From assembly GCA_036574205.1 (NCBI GenBank), contig JAINCQ010000003.1, positions 1 to 53,190 on the forward strand: 53,190 bases of DNA, read 5' to 3'. The notes beneath the pieces were generated by a model. It did not search any database. It was not told the DNA's origin and was given only the letters and a program-made list of their open reading frames with translations. The position numbers and the translations under genes were made by a program. Every line of letters starts with the position of its first letter. Position 1 is the stretch's first letter. The DNA is from Elusimicrobiota bacterium (GTDB lineage: Bacteria > Elusimicrobiota > Elusimicrobia > Elusimicrobiales > UBA9959). Of this stretch, positions 16,577-25,384 are shown piece by piece.

Positions 16577-17358
16577 ATAAAATTTCAACAGCGCTTTCAA
16601 TAGCTGGCATTGATACTTCAGGAGGTGCTGGGGTATTTGCTGATATTAAAACTTTTTCGGCATTTGGTGTCTATGGTATGGGAGTTGTAACTGCTATTAC
16701 TGCGCAGAACACCTGTGGGGTTTTAGGAGTTAAAAATATTGAAAGGAAGTTTTTTATAGAGCAATTAAAAGCTGTTATAGAAGATATTAAGCCTGATTCT
16801 ATCAAAACAGGTATGATCTCACAGCCACAGCAGGCCTATGAAGTAGCTAAAGTAATTGTGGAATATAAATTAAAAAATATTGTAATTGATCCTGTAATAT
16901 GTTCAAAACATAATAATATCTTGACTCCTAAAAACTCAGTTAAAAGCATTATAGAAAATTTATTTCCAGTTTCAGATATCGTTACCCCTAATATTCCAGA
17001 AGCTGAATTTATTACCGGGATCAAAATAAAGAATCTAGATCATATGATTAAAGCGGCAGAGAAGATTTATAGATTAGGGATAAAGAATGTTCTTTTAAAA
17101 GGAGGACATTTAAAAGAAAAAAAGCTTGTTGATTTATTTTATTCACAAAATCAAATTGAAATATTTGAAAATGTTAGAATTGAGACTAAAAATACTCATG
17201 GAACAGGTTGCGCCTTAAGCGCAGCTATAGCCGCAAATCTTTCAAAAGGTCTTAAATTAATAGATGCTGTCGATTTGTCTATCAATTATATTCATCTTGC
17301 CATTAAAAAATCCTTCAATATTGGAAAAGGTTGTGGGCCAATAAATCATTTTGTCTGA
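16573..17358 (+). CDS. thiD: Hydroxymethylpyrimidine/phosphomethylpyrimidine kinase ThiD
   Basis: IAGIDTSGGAGVFADIKT, TAITAQNT, TPNIPEAE, LKGGH and THGTGC motifs. Confidence 0.97.
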   Translation: MNKISTALSIAGIDTSGGAGVFADIKTFSAFGVYGMGVVTAITAQNTCGVLGVKNIERKFFIEQLKAVIEDIKPDSIKTGMISQPQQAYEVAKVIVEYKLKNIVIDPVICSKHNNILTPKNSVKSIIENLFPVSDIVTPNIPEAEFITGIKIKNLDHMIKAAEKIYRLGIKNVLLKGGHLKEKKLVDLFYSQNQIEIFENVRIETKNTHGTGCALSAAIAANLSKGLKLIDAVDLSINYIHLAIKKSFNIGKGCGPINHFV

Positions 17359-17380
17359 TATTTTTTATTGATACGATATA

Positions 17381-17445
17381 TAAAAAGAAGAAAGGGAGTG
17401 AGAAAAGCCACCACCTTCCCTCGCACTTTTCCCACTCCCTTTTTA
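17381..17445 (-). terminator. Long hairpin terminator (may also terminate thiCD)
   Basis: AAAGGGAGTGAGAAAAG (17391-17407) / CTTTTCCCACTCCCTTT (17426-17442) with A/T tracts on both sides. Confidence 0.75.
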
Positions 17446-17540
17446 TATACGCACCCTCTACCTATACCCTCCACCTAAGTTAACCAAGGATCTATTTTGC
17501 GTTATTAATAGAACCTTATATTAAACTTCAAGTTACCTTA
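17381..17540 (-). ncRNA. Candidate ~160-nt small RNA
   Basis: ORF-less region between a consensus minus-strand promoter and a 17-bp terminator stem that is fully paired only on the minus strand (G.U) and followed by a U-tract. Confidence 0.55.
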
Positions 17541-17545
17541 ATTTA

Positions 17546-17574
17546 ATTGTAGCAGATAAAATCTTTTTTGTCAA
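17546..17574 (-). promoter_or_regulatory. sigma70 promoter for the candidate sRNA
   Basis: Minus strand TTGACA-N17-TACAAT with a TG extension (TGCTACAAT). Confidence 0.7.
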
Positions 17575-17585
17575 GTATTGACAAA

Positions 17586-20500
17586 TCAAGAGCATTCTGA
17601 ATATCCACAGTCATGGCATGTTGGTCCAGAACATCCGCTTTCAAAGCTTATGTTTGATGAGTAGCATTTTGGACAATATTGTGCCTTTGTAGAATCCCAT
17701 AATTCAAGTTTATGTCCTTGAGTATTTTCCTCTCCCAGCAATTTTCTCTTTTTGAGGTGATCCCTTAAAGCTATTGATATAGCATGTGGTATGGAATTGA
17801 CCCTGTTTTCACCAAAACCAAAGGGTTTATCGCCCTTTATTGAGTTTAAGTGTTTTAATATTTTTACCGGATCCCCTCCATTTTCAAGGTATTTTGAGAG
17901 TAGTATCCCTATAAGAGCAGTCAGTCCACTTATCTCTGTTCCTAATGGTGGGATATTAGTAAATATCTGAAATGGTCCCGTTTCTTCAGTGAAATTTATA
18001 TGTATATGAAGTGGACCATAACCTGTTTGTATCTGATAATACTCAGATGAAACGCCGTATTTAATCTGTTTCTTTTTCTGAGCGGTTTTATCGTTTTTTG
18101 TATCCAGATTTAAAACCTGAAAATTTTTTGATCCATCACGATATACAGTTATTCCTTTACAACCAAGTTTATAAGAAAGTAAATAAGAATTTCTTACATC
18201 TTCCACTTTTGCTGAATTTGGCAAATTTATTGTTTTTGAAACTGCGTTGTCTGTGAACTCCTGAAAAGCAGCTTGAGTTTTTATGTGATATTCATATGTA
18301 ATGTCATGCGCTGTTGGAAATATATCCTGTATTTTTTTAGGTATTTCAGGAATTCCTCTTATGGCTTTATGATTTTCTTCAATCTTCTTCCATAAGCTTT
18401 CTTTTGTAAGCCCAAAATAGTTATATTCTTCTGCAATAGTTTTAAATAATGGATTTACTTCATAAAATGAGTCTTTTGCATCCGGGGTTTTGCCGTTTTT
18501 TATGGCTTCAAGAGCTTTTGCTGTATATCTGGTATATACTATTGCAAAAAAAGGCTCTATTCCGCTTCCCTGTAAGCCTGCTGCTATAGATATAGTTCCG
18601 GTGGGTGCAATGGTAGTTCTTGAGGCATTTCTTAAATAAGCACTTTGTCCTCTAAAATATGTTGAGTCTTTATCATAAATAGATCCTTTCCAGTTGTAAA
18701 AACATCCTCTTTCTTCAGCTAATTTTTTAGATGCTTCAAATGCTTTTTCCTGAATAAATTTCATAATTTCTTTAGCTTTTTTTATACCCTCTTCTGAATC
18801 ATATCTTATGCCTAATTTAACACACGTCTCCGCCCATCCCATAACACCAAGCCCTATTTTCCTGTTTGATTTAGCCATTTGCTCTATTTCAGGAAGTGGA
18901 TAATTATTAATTTCTATAACATTATCAAGGAATCTCACTGCGGTTGTAACAGTATTTCCAAGAGATTCCCAATCAATTTTACCTTTCATTATATTGCCAT
19001 GAACAAACTTAGAAAGATTTATTGAGCCTAAATTACATGCTTCCCATCCTAAAAGTGGTTGCTCTCCACAGTTATGAACTATAATTCCATTAGCGTCAAA
19101 GCAATTAATAAATGGGACCTGAACATCAAAAACCTCTTCTTCACTTAGTTTTTTTATCTCTTTTACTCTTGCAGTAAAACTTTCCTTATTCAGAAGTTTA
19201 TGAGAATTTATTTTTTCTTCTAAAAGTTTTTGTTTATTTTTATCTCTGAATCCTATAATATCTTTAAATATATATAGATTATCATTTGATATAACTAATT
19301 CATAATTAATATTTTCTGTTGTATCACCTTTCTTATTATTTCCAATTGTTGATAATATCCCCATCCTTGCAAGCATTCTCTGGGCTCCAATAATACTTTC
19401 TATATTTGATTGCAGAAGCCTTATGCTTATTTCTTTATTTTCATTAACAACTATATGACCATTTGAATCATATAAACCCTTTAAAAAGCCTCTATGAAAA
19501 TCATAAGAAGTTTCTTCTATCTTGTAAGAAATGCTGTTAAAAGAGGTTGAAAGCCTAAAGTTATCAAAAAGTTCTTTTAAAATTTTTACTTTTTCGTTTT
19601 CTTCTGATTTCTTCTCTACATTCATTTGAAAAACCTGAGGTTTATTTATGTAGCTTAAAGATAAGGCGTATTCTTTCATAAGAGTATTAACAGCTACTGT
19701 TACTTCTTTTTTATCCAACATTAATCTTAATAAGTCATCTTCTTTTGCAAGTTTCTTCCCAAAAATAATCCCAACCAAATATCCCTCTTCAAAATTTCCC
19801 TTGCCTTCCCATTTTACATTCCTGTTATTTGATAGTATAATCTCATCATTTTCATTTAATTGAATCAACTTTTTCCAGCCATTTTTTGTCATAATTAAAT
19901 GGTCTTCTGTAGCTTTTATTCTATATCCCCTGTCTGTTATAAGTTCATAAACCTGTTTTACGCCTGTTTTAAAAAAACCATCTTTTGCTGTAAGATAGAA
20001 TTTACCCTCAATAAGAACTTCTACTTCTTTACCAATTAATTCTCCTACCATTTTTGGACCTTTGGAAGTTGTAACCCAACTGTCTTTTGTTATACAGGGA
20101 TTGGTCGCTTCTATTTCACCTATATGTGGTGTTGGATTTGAATTCGTATTGTTTATCCTGTCAATAAAAACTATTCCAGGATCCCCTGTCGCCCATGCTG
20201 ATTCAACAAGTTTATTGAATAGTTTTCTAGCGTTTAATTTTGAAACTGGTTGTTTTGTCCTTGGATTTAAAAGATCTATGTCCTCACCATTTTCCACAGC
20301 TTTCATAAACTTATCATCAAGAGCTACTGAAAGGTTAAAATTTTCCATCACATTTGGTTTAGACTTGAGTGTAATAAATTCTTCAATTTCAGGATGCCAG
20401 TAAGGCAGAATTCCCATATTGGCGCCTCGTCTTGTTCCTCCCTGTTTTACTACATCGGTCATTTTGTCAAAAATTTGCATAAAAGAAATTGCTCCAGAGG

Positions 20501-21101
20501 CAACTCCATTGGTTTTTTTGACTAAATCCCCTTTTGGTCTTAATCTTCCAAAAGAAAACCCTGTTCCCCCGCCAGATTTTTGTATCATGCTTTGAGCTGA
20601 TAGTGCTTTTGATATCCCTTCCATTGAGTCTTCAACTGGTATAACATAACATGCTGAAAGTTGTTGAAGTTCTCTGCCTGCGTTCATAAGAGTGGGAGAG
20701 TTTGGAAGGAATTCAAACTTTGCCATCATATTATAAAATTCTTCTGCCCATTTATCAACCAATTTTTTTAGTTTTTCGTTTTTTTCATAAACTGAAGTTA
20801 TGTTTTTTATAAATTTTTGAAAGTTTTCCTCTCTTTTTGAGGCTTCATATAAATTTTTATGCAATAAAATAAGCTTTGATGGAACTCCATTTAAATCGTA
20901 GTTTATAATTTCATGATTTACCCCATCAAAAATTTTATCGTATTCTGCCTCGCCTGCAAAAAGTACTTCACTTAAGGCAATGTTAAATGAAACTCTTGCA
21001 AAAAGTTCTTCAACTGATTTGTCGCCTCTAAGATATTTGTCTTTTATGACTTTTTCCTGGTTTGGTGTCAGGTATATTTTTTCTAATGTCATAGTATTCA
21101 T
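17586..21101 (-). CDS. nrdJ: Adenosylcobalamin-dependent (class II) ribonucleotide reductase with intein and C-terminal TSCPD/Zn-ribbon
   Basis: PNSPTLMNAG, QLSACYV, GGGTG, QGGTRRGANM, NPC/GEQPL, CNLGSINL, TIAPTGTIS, DNAVSKTIN and GCKGITVYRDGS motifs, and a C-terminal CPKC...CHDCGYSEC. Confidence 0.93.
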   Translation of the reverse strand: MNTMTLEKIYLTPNQEKVIKDKYLRGDKSVEELFARVSFNIALSEVLFAGEAEYDKIFDGVNHEIINYDLNGVPSKLILLHKNLYEASKREENFQKFIKNITSVYEKNEKLKKLVDKWAEEFYNMMAKFEFLPNSPTLMNAGRELQQLSACYVIPVEDSMEGISKALSAQSMIQKSGGGTGFSFGRLRPKGDLVKKTNGVASGAISFMQIFDKMTDVVKQGGTRRGANMGILPYWHPEIEEFITLKSKPNVMENFNLSVALDDKFMKAVENGEDIDLLNPRTKQPVSKLNARKLFNKLVESAWATGDPGIVFIDRINNTNSNPTPHIGEIEATNPCITKDSWVTTSKGPKMVGELIGKEVEVLIEGKFYLTAKDGFFKTGVKQVYELITDRGYRIKATEDHLIMTKNGWKKLIQLNENDEIILSNNRNVKWEGKGNFEEGYLVGIIFGKKLAKEDDLLRLMLDKKEVTVAVNTLMKEYALSLSYINKPQVFQMNVEKKSEENEKVKILKELFDNFRLSTSFNSISYKIEETSYDFHRGFLKGLYDSNGHIVVNENKEISIRLLQSNIESIIGAQRMLARMGILSTIGNNKKGDTTENINYELVISNDNLYIFKDIIGFRDKNKQKLLEEKINSHKLLNKESFTARVKEIKKLSEEEVFDVQVPFINCFDANGIIVHNCGEQPLLGWEACNLGSINLSKFVHGNIMKGKIDWESLGNTVTTAVRFLDNVIEINNYPLPEIEQMAKSNRKIGLGVMGWAETCVKLGIRYDSEEGIKKAKEIMKFIQEKAFEASKKLAEERGCFYNWKGSIYDKDSTYFRGQSAYLRNASRTTIAPTGTISIAAGLQGSGIEPFFAIVYTRYTAKALEAIKNGKTPDAKDSFYEVNPLFKTIAEEYNYFGLTKESLWKKIEENHKAIRGIPEIPKKIQDIFPTAHDITYEYHIKTQAAFQEFTDNAVSKTINLPNSAKVEDVRNSYLLSYKLGCKGITVYRDGSKNFQVLNLDTKNDKTAQKKKQIKYGVSSEYYQIQTGYGPLHIHINFTEETGPFQIFTNIPPLGTEISGLTALIGILLSKYLENGGDPVKILKHLNSIKGDKPFGFGENRVNSIPHAISIALRDHLKKRKLLGEENTQGHKLELWDSTKAQYCPKCYSSNISFESGCSGPTCHDCGYSECS
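19071..20096 (-). mobile_element. Intein (342 aa) with degenerate LAGLIDADG homing endonuclease
   Basis: Inserted at EATNP|CITKDSWV...ATEDH...VFDVQVPFINCFDANGIIVHN|CGEQP, with internal GYLVGIIFG and GFLKGLYDSNG blocks. Confidence 0.93.
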
Positions 21102-21154
21102 CCTTTCTCCTTGTTTGTTAATTTATCGCCCTCAAATTTATGGGTGATAATTAA

Positions 21155-21183
21155 ATCATAAAAAAAAACAACCTGTATGTCAA
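21155..21183 (-). promoter_or_regulatory. sigma70 promoter of nrdJ
   Basis: Minus strand TTGACA-N17-TATGAT. The 5'UTR has a small TTATCACCC/GGGCGATAA hairpin and SD AAGGAG. Confidence 0.65.
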
Positions 21184-21306
21184 ATTTTTCATTGTATAAG
21201 GCATTTTATTTCTTAAAAAAAATTTAACAAATGTGAAACAATGTTGTTTTAGAATATATTAAAATAGTATTTAACAGGTTGAAAGGATTAAAATGTGGGA
21301 GTGGTT

Positions 21307-24051
21307 ATGAAAGAAATGAATTTTAACGAACAGGATTTGAATGAGATGGCTATAAATGATATAGATACTGCAAGAGGAGCATTGAGATGGGCTCTTGATA
21401 AAATAAGAAAATTGGGTGATGAGATATTAAGGGTTAAACAGGAGCTTCACGATAAAACTTCACAAATAAACTTTCTTGAGAAACAGATTGAAAGTAAAAA
21501 TCTTGAAATAGCCAGAATAATAAAGGCAAACGAAGATGAAATAGAATCAAGAAGAAAGTCCCTTGAAATAGAGTTTAAAGCAAAACTTGAAAGAATAGCA
21601 GAAAGAGAAAAGGATCTTGAAGAGAAGATATCAAGATATGAAGAGATATACAGAGCAAAAGAGCAAAAGCTTATAGAGGATTATCAAAAAAGAGGAGAAG
21701 ATCTTAAAAACAGATGGGCGCAGATAGAGGCTGAATTGTGGCAAACAAAGCAGGAGCAGATTTTAAAACAACAAGAATTTGACAAAATATATTCTCTAAA
21801 AATCCAGCAGGAAAGGGAGAAGATGCAGCAGGAGTTTGATTTATTGAAACAGGAGTATGAAAAAACATATCAAGAGAGGCTTAAAGAGTTTGAGAAAAGA
21901 CAGAGCGAAATAGAAGAAGAGTTGAAAAAAAGAGAAGCTGTTATTAAATGGGCAAGAGATAGCTTTCAAAAAGAGCTTGAGGAGAAAGAAAGCAAACTAA
22001 GAGCGAAGGAAAGCGAGGTTGAACTTAAAATAAAAGAAAAAGAAAGCGAAATTGAATCCCTTAAAAATAAGATTGCCATGGCTGAAAGAGAGTTTGCATC
22101 AGTTTCTGCGGCCGTAAGAAGCAAGGATGAAGAAATAAAAAAATACAGGGATATAATATCAAATCTTGAGGATGTTATTAAAACACTTAATCTTGAAAAA
22201 GAGAGTTTAAAGAATCAAAAATCCAATGAAATAGCGGATTTAGTATCAAAAATTAATGAAGAAAAAAACAAAATTGTTGAAATGGAAAAGGAGTTTGCCT
22301 CAAAACTTAAAATAGCACTTGAACATGAAAGGAATAAATATGCGGATAAATTAAAAGAATTGGTTGAGAGTCATAAAAAAGAAATAGCTTTAAAAGATGA
22401 GGAGATAAAGTTTCTTTCAAATAATATTAAAACTTTTGAAGACAATGCAAAAAAACTTAAAGAAGAAAATGAATCCCTTAATAAGGAAATAAAGAGACTT
22501 AACTCTGCATTATCTTCTCAAATAAATGAGTTTAATTTCAAGATGAAGCAATTTCAAGAAGAAAATGAGATAAAGCTTAAGATAGAGGCTGAAAATTACC
22601 ACAATTCATTAAAGGCTGAAATTGAGAGGGTAAAAAAATCTTATGAAGAAAATATGGAGATGAAGACAAAGGAAATAGATTATTTGAAAGAGGAAAATAA
22701 AAAATTGCATACTGAAAACCAGAAGCTTATCTCAGAGATTGCGTCTTTGAATGATGAAATATCAAAGCTTAAAGTTGAATTTGATCGCCAGAAGCAAGAT
22801 ATTGAAAATAATTTAAGGGAAAAATATTCAGCCGAATATGATGAAAAAATAGCTGTTATAAGGGATGAATATAAAAAAGAGGTTGAAAGATTAAAATCCG
22901 TTTATGAGGATAAAATTTTAGCTATAAATGCCGAAATGAATGATAAAGATGCTGAGATAGAAAGGTTGAAAAAGCAAATAAAAGATATTTCAAAAGAGCA
23001 AGAGAAATTTCTCAAAGAAGCGGAGGAAAAATTTAAGGAACAGATAGCGCTTGTTGAAAAAAATAATTTGATGATTATAGAGGAGTATAAAAACAGGATT
23101 AATGAGTTTGAGAAACTTGTAAAAGATACGGAGACTGCGCATAAAAACGAGTTGATAGTTGAAAAAGAAAGGATTGAGAAAAAATATAATCAAGAGTTGA
23201 CAAATTTGAAATTAGAGAATGAAAAATTAGCACTTCAATATCAAAATCTTATAGAAGAGTTTAATCGTTATCAAAGTGAAGTCTCAAATAATGCTAAAAA
23301 AGAAAGCGAGTTGACTCAAAAGTTAATGGAGATTGAAAATGAAAAGAATCAAATTCAGAAGAAGGCCAGTATTGAAAGAGATAATTTTATAAACGAAATA
23401 GAAGTATTGAAAAAAGAACTTTTTGAAAAAGAAAAATTGCTCAATGATGCGACATCCCAAATTAAGCTTTTAGGACGTTATAATATAGATGATATTAAAA
23501 AAGAGATGGAGATTCTTAAAGCAGAATTAATTAAAAGTGAGAGCGAAATTGGAAAATTAAATAAATTGGTTGCTGAAAAAAATAATGAATTAAATGATTT
23601 AAAAGTCATAAAAAAAGAACTTGAGCAAAAACTGAATCAGGCTTTATTAGAGGTAGAAAGAGGCAAGGAATCTATTAAAGAAAAAGAAAAAGCTGTAATT
23701 TTGCTTAGAGATGATATTGAAAAGATGAGGGCTCTTGTTAGAGAACTTAATGATAAAATGATTGAAGAAAAAGATAAATTTTTAAAGTTTAAAGAAAAAT
23801 CAGACAATGAAATTCAGGGGTTTTTAAACACAATTTATTTGAAAGAAAAAGAAATAATGGATTTAAAAAATGAACTTAAAGAAAAGGAAATCTTGATTAA
23901 TAAATTGAAAACTCAAAATAGTGAGTTAAATAACATAATGGATGAGATTAATATGAAATTCAAAAATCTTTATGAGGAATTTAGAATAAAAGAGGAAAAT
24001 CTTCAAAAAGAGATTATGAGATTAAAAGCAAAAGATAGTGGAGAAAAATAG
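21307..24051 (+). CDS. Very long cytoplasmic coiled-coil protein
   Basis: About 900 aa of E/K/L/I heptads with no Walker motifs, TM segment or signal peptide. GGAG precedes ATG 21307. Confidence 0.85.
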   Translation: MKEMNFNEQDLNEMAINDIDTARGALRWALDKIRKLGDEILRVKQELHDKTSQINFLEKQIESKNLEIARIIKANEDEIESRRKSLEIEFKAKLERIAEREKDLEEKISRYEEIYRAKEQKLIEDYQKRGEDLKNRWAQIEAELWQTKQEQILKQQEFDKIYSLKIQQEREKMQQEFDLLKQEYEKTYQERLKEFEKRQSEIEEELKKREAVIKWARDSFQKELEEKESKLRAKESEVELKIKEKESEIESLKNKIAMAEREFASVSAAVRSKDEEIKKYRDIISNLEDVIKTLNLEKESLKNQKSNEIADLVSKINEEKNKIVEMEKEFASKLKIALEHERNKYADKLKELVESHKKEIALKDEEIKFLSNNIKTFEDNAKKLKEENESLNKEIKRLNSALSSQINEFNFKMKQFQEENEIKLKIEAENYHNSLKAEIERVKKSYEENMEMKTKEIDYLKEENKKLHTENQKLISEIASLNDEISKLKVEFDRQKQDIENNLREKYSAEYDEKIAVIRDEYKKEVERLKSVYEDKILAINAEMNDKDAEIERLKKQIKDISKEQEKFLKEAEEKFKEQIALVEKNNLMIIEEYKNRINEFEKLVKDTETAHKNELIVEKERIEKKYNQELTNLKLENEKLALQYQNLIEEFNRYQSEVSNNAKKESELTQKLMEIENEKNQIQKKASIERDNFINEIEVLKKELFEKEKLLNDATSQIKLLGRYNIDDIKKEMEILKAELIKSESEIGKLNKLVAEKNNELNDLKVIKKELEQKLNQALLEVERGKESIKEKEKAVILLRDDIEKMRALVRELNDKMIEEKDKFLKFKEKSDNEIQGFLNTIYLKEKEIMDLKNELKEKEILINKLKTQNSELNNIMDEINMKFKNLYEEFRIKEENLQKEIMRLKAKDSGEK

Positions 24052-24135
24052 GAATTACTTTCCAGATAACCCTAAAAAAGGTAATATTTTTCTTTAAAAA
24101 AATAAAAAAATTATTTTTGATTTTTTATCTAAAAG

Positions 24136-24183
24136 TCAACATCCATAGTTTAACCACGACCGTGTAAAAAGAGTGGATGTTGA
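24136..24183. other. Intergenic inverted repeat
   Basis: Perfect 10-bp inverted repeat TCAACATCCA/TGGATGTTGA with a 28-nt loop, between convergent genes. Confidence 0.5.
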
Positions 24184-24271
24184 TTATATTAATTTGGAGT
24201 TAGAAACAATACAATTACAGATTAATAAAATTTCAAGTTTCAGGTTCCATAGCTTCTTAAAACTCAGACAA

Positions 24272-25381
24272 TTATTTTATTTTAATTTCTTCGTAATATG
24301 AATTTTTATCTTGCTGATATATATATGATATCTTATTCTCTTTATAATCAAAGGCTATTATATTTTTGTGAGGTAATGTTATCCTGTTATCTATTGAATT
24401 TGGAGATCTTGTATTGGCGTGATATATTTTTGAGTTTGAATAATAATATATATCATAATCTGAGCAGCCGATATATTTTATATCATCAAGCGGGATAGAG
24501 TATGTTGCTTCCTGAGATAATGTGTCATTGTTAATGGCTTTTATTAGTTCTTTTTTGGTTAAAATCCATACGTTTATCCCATCAAAACATATATCCAGTG
24601 GCATATTTTCATACTTAACTTTTGATATCAATTTAAAACTGTCGTCCTTACTTCTTTTTTCTATCTCCATTGAATCTGTAATAAAAAAGAAAAATCCGTT
24701 ATTTGCATCTTTTACTATAGTAGCTATTTCTTTGGTAGGGAAGTTCCTTACTGATTCAATCCTGTTTTCTTTATTAAAGATATAAAAAGATTGTAATAAC
24801 CAGTCATAAATATAAATTTTTCCATTTATATTTAAAAAACCAGATATATTCTTTGTCGGAATGACTATCTTGTCTATCTCCTTATAAGTCTTTTCCTCTT
24901 TTTTTTGCGGGATGGATAGCATAAACAAAAGAAGGGATAAGAGAATAAATGCTATTATTATTTTAATAGCTGTTTTATCTCTTTTTATCTCATTTTTTTC
25001 TGTTATCGTCATTTTTTTATTTTCAATGCTTTTAAGTATTCCTGCAATTTCTGCTTCAACCCATGGAACCCCAAGAACAAAATCGGCACCACAGCCTAAA
25101 AAAATTTCTTTTTTGTGGCGATTTGTGGAACTTGGGGCTATTATTATGGGAAGAAGTGGAAAATTTCTTTTTAACTCTCTTATATAAGTTTCAGTTTCCG
25201 TTCCCTCTCTTTCCGCTATTAAGATTGTTAAAGGAGCAAATTGTTCCAGCATATTTAAAGATTGATTTAAGTTATCAGCAAAATACGGCACATATCCAAG
25301 CAGTTTGAATATTGTTTCAAAGCGTCTTCTCTCTTCATATTTTGGAGTTATTATTATGACGTTTTTATTGATTGTAGACAT
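24272..25381 (-). CDS. Membrane protein: degenerate receiver-like domain + TM + extracytoplasmic beta-propeller-like domain
   Basis: The N-terminus follows the CheY fold pattern (VIII...LGY...LPIII...GADFVL..P) without the acidic site. There is one TM (IIIAFILLSLLLFML) and GKIYIYDW / CFDGINVWILT blade-like repeats. Confidence 0.55.
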   Translation of the reverse strand: MSTINKNVIIITPKYEERRRFETIFKLLGYVPYFADNLNQSLNMLEQFAPLTILIAEREGTETETYIRELKRNFPLLPIIIAPSSTNRHKKEIFLGCGADFVLGVPWVEAEIAGILKSIENKKMTITEKNEIKRDKTAIKIIIAFILLSLLLFMLSIPQKKEEKTYKEIDKIVIPTKNISGFLNINGKIYIYDWLLQSFYIFNKENRIESVRNFPTKEIATIVKDANNGFFFFITDSMEIEKRSKDDSFKLISKVKYENMPLDICFDGINVWILTKKELIKAINNDTLSQEATYSIPLDDIKYIGCSDYDIYYYSNSKIYHANTRSPNSIDNRITLPHKNIIAFDYKENKISYIYQQDKNSYYEEIKIK

Positions 25382-25384
25382 AAC

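Noticed and set aside
21102..21294. Cobalamin riboswitch or NrdR boxes upstream of nrdJ
   Set aside because: The leader is only about 45 nt, with no B12-box and no convincing NrdR palindrome.
21295..24051. SMC/SbcC annotation for the coiled-coil protein
   Set aside because: No Walker A/B, signature motif, hinge or Zn-hook.
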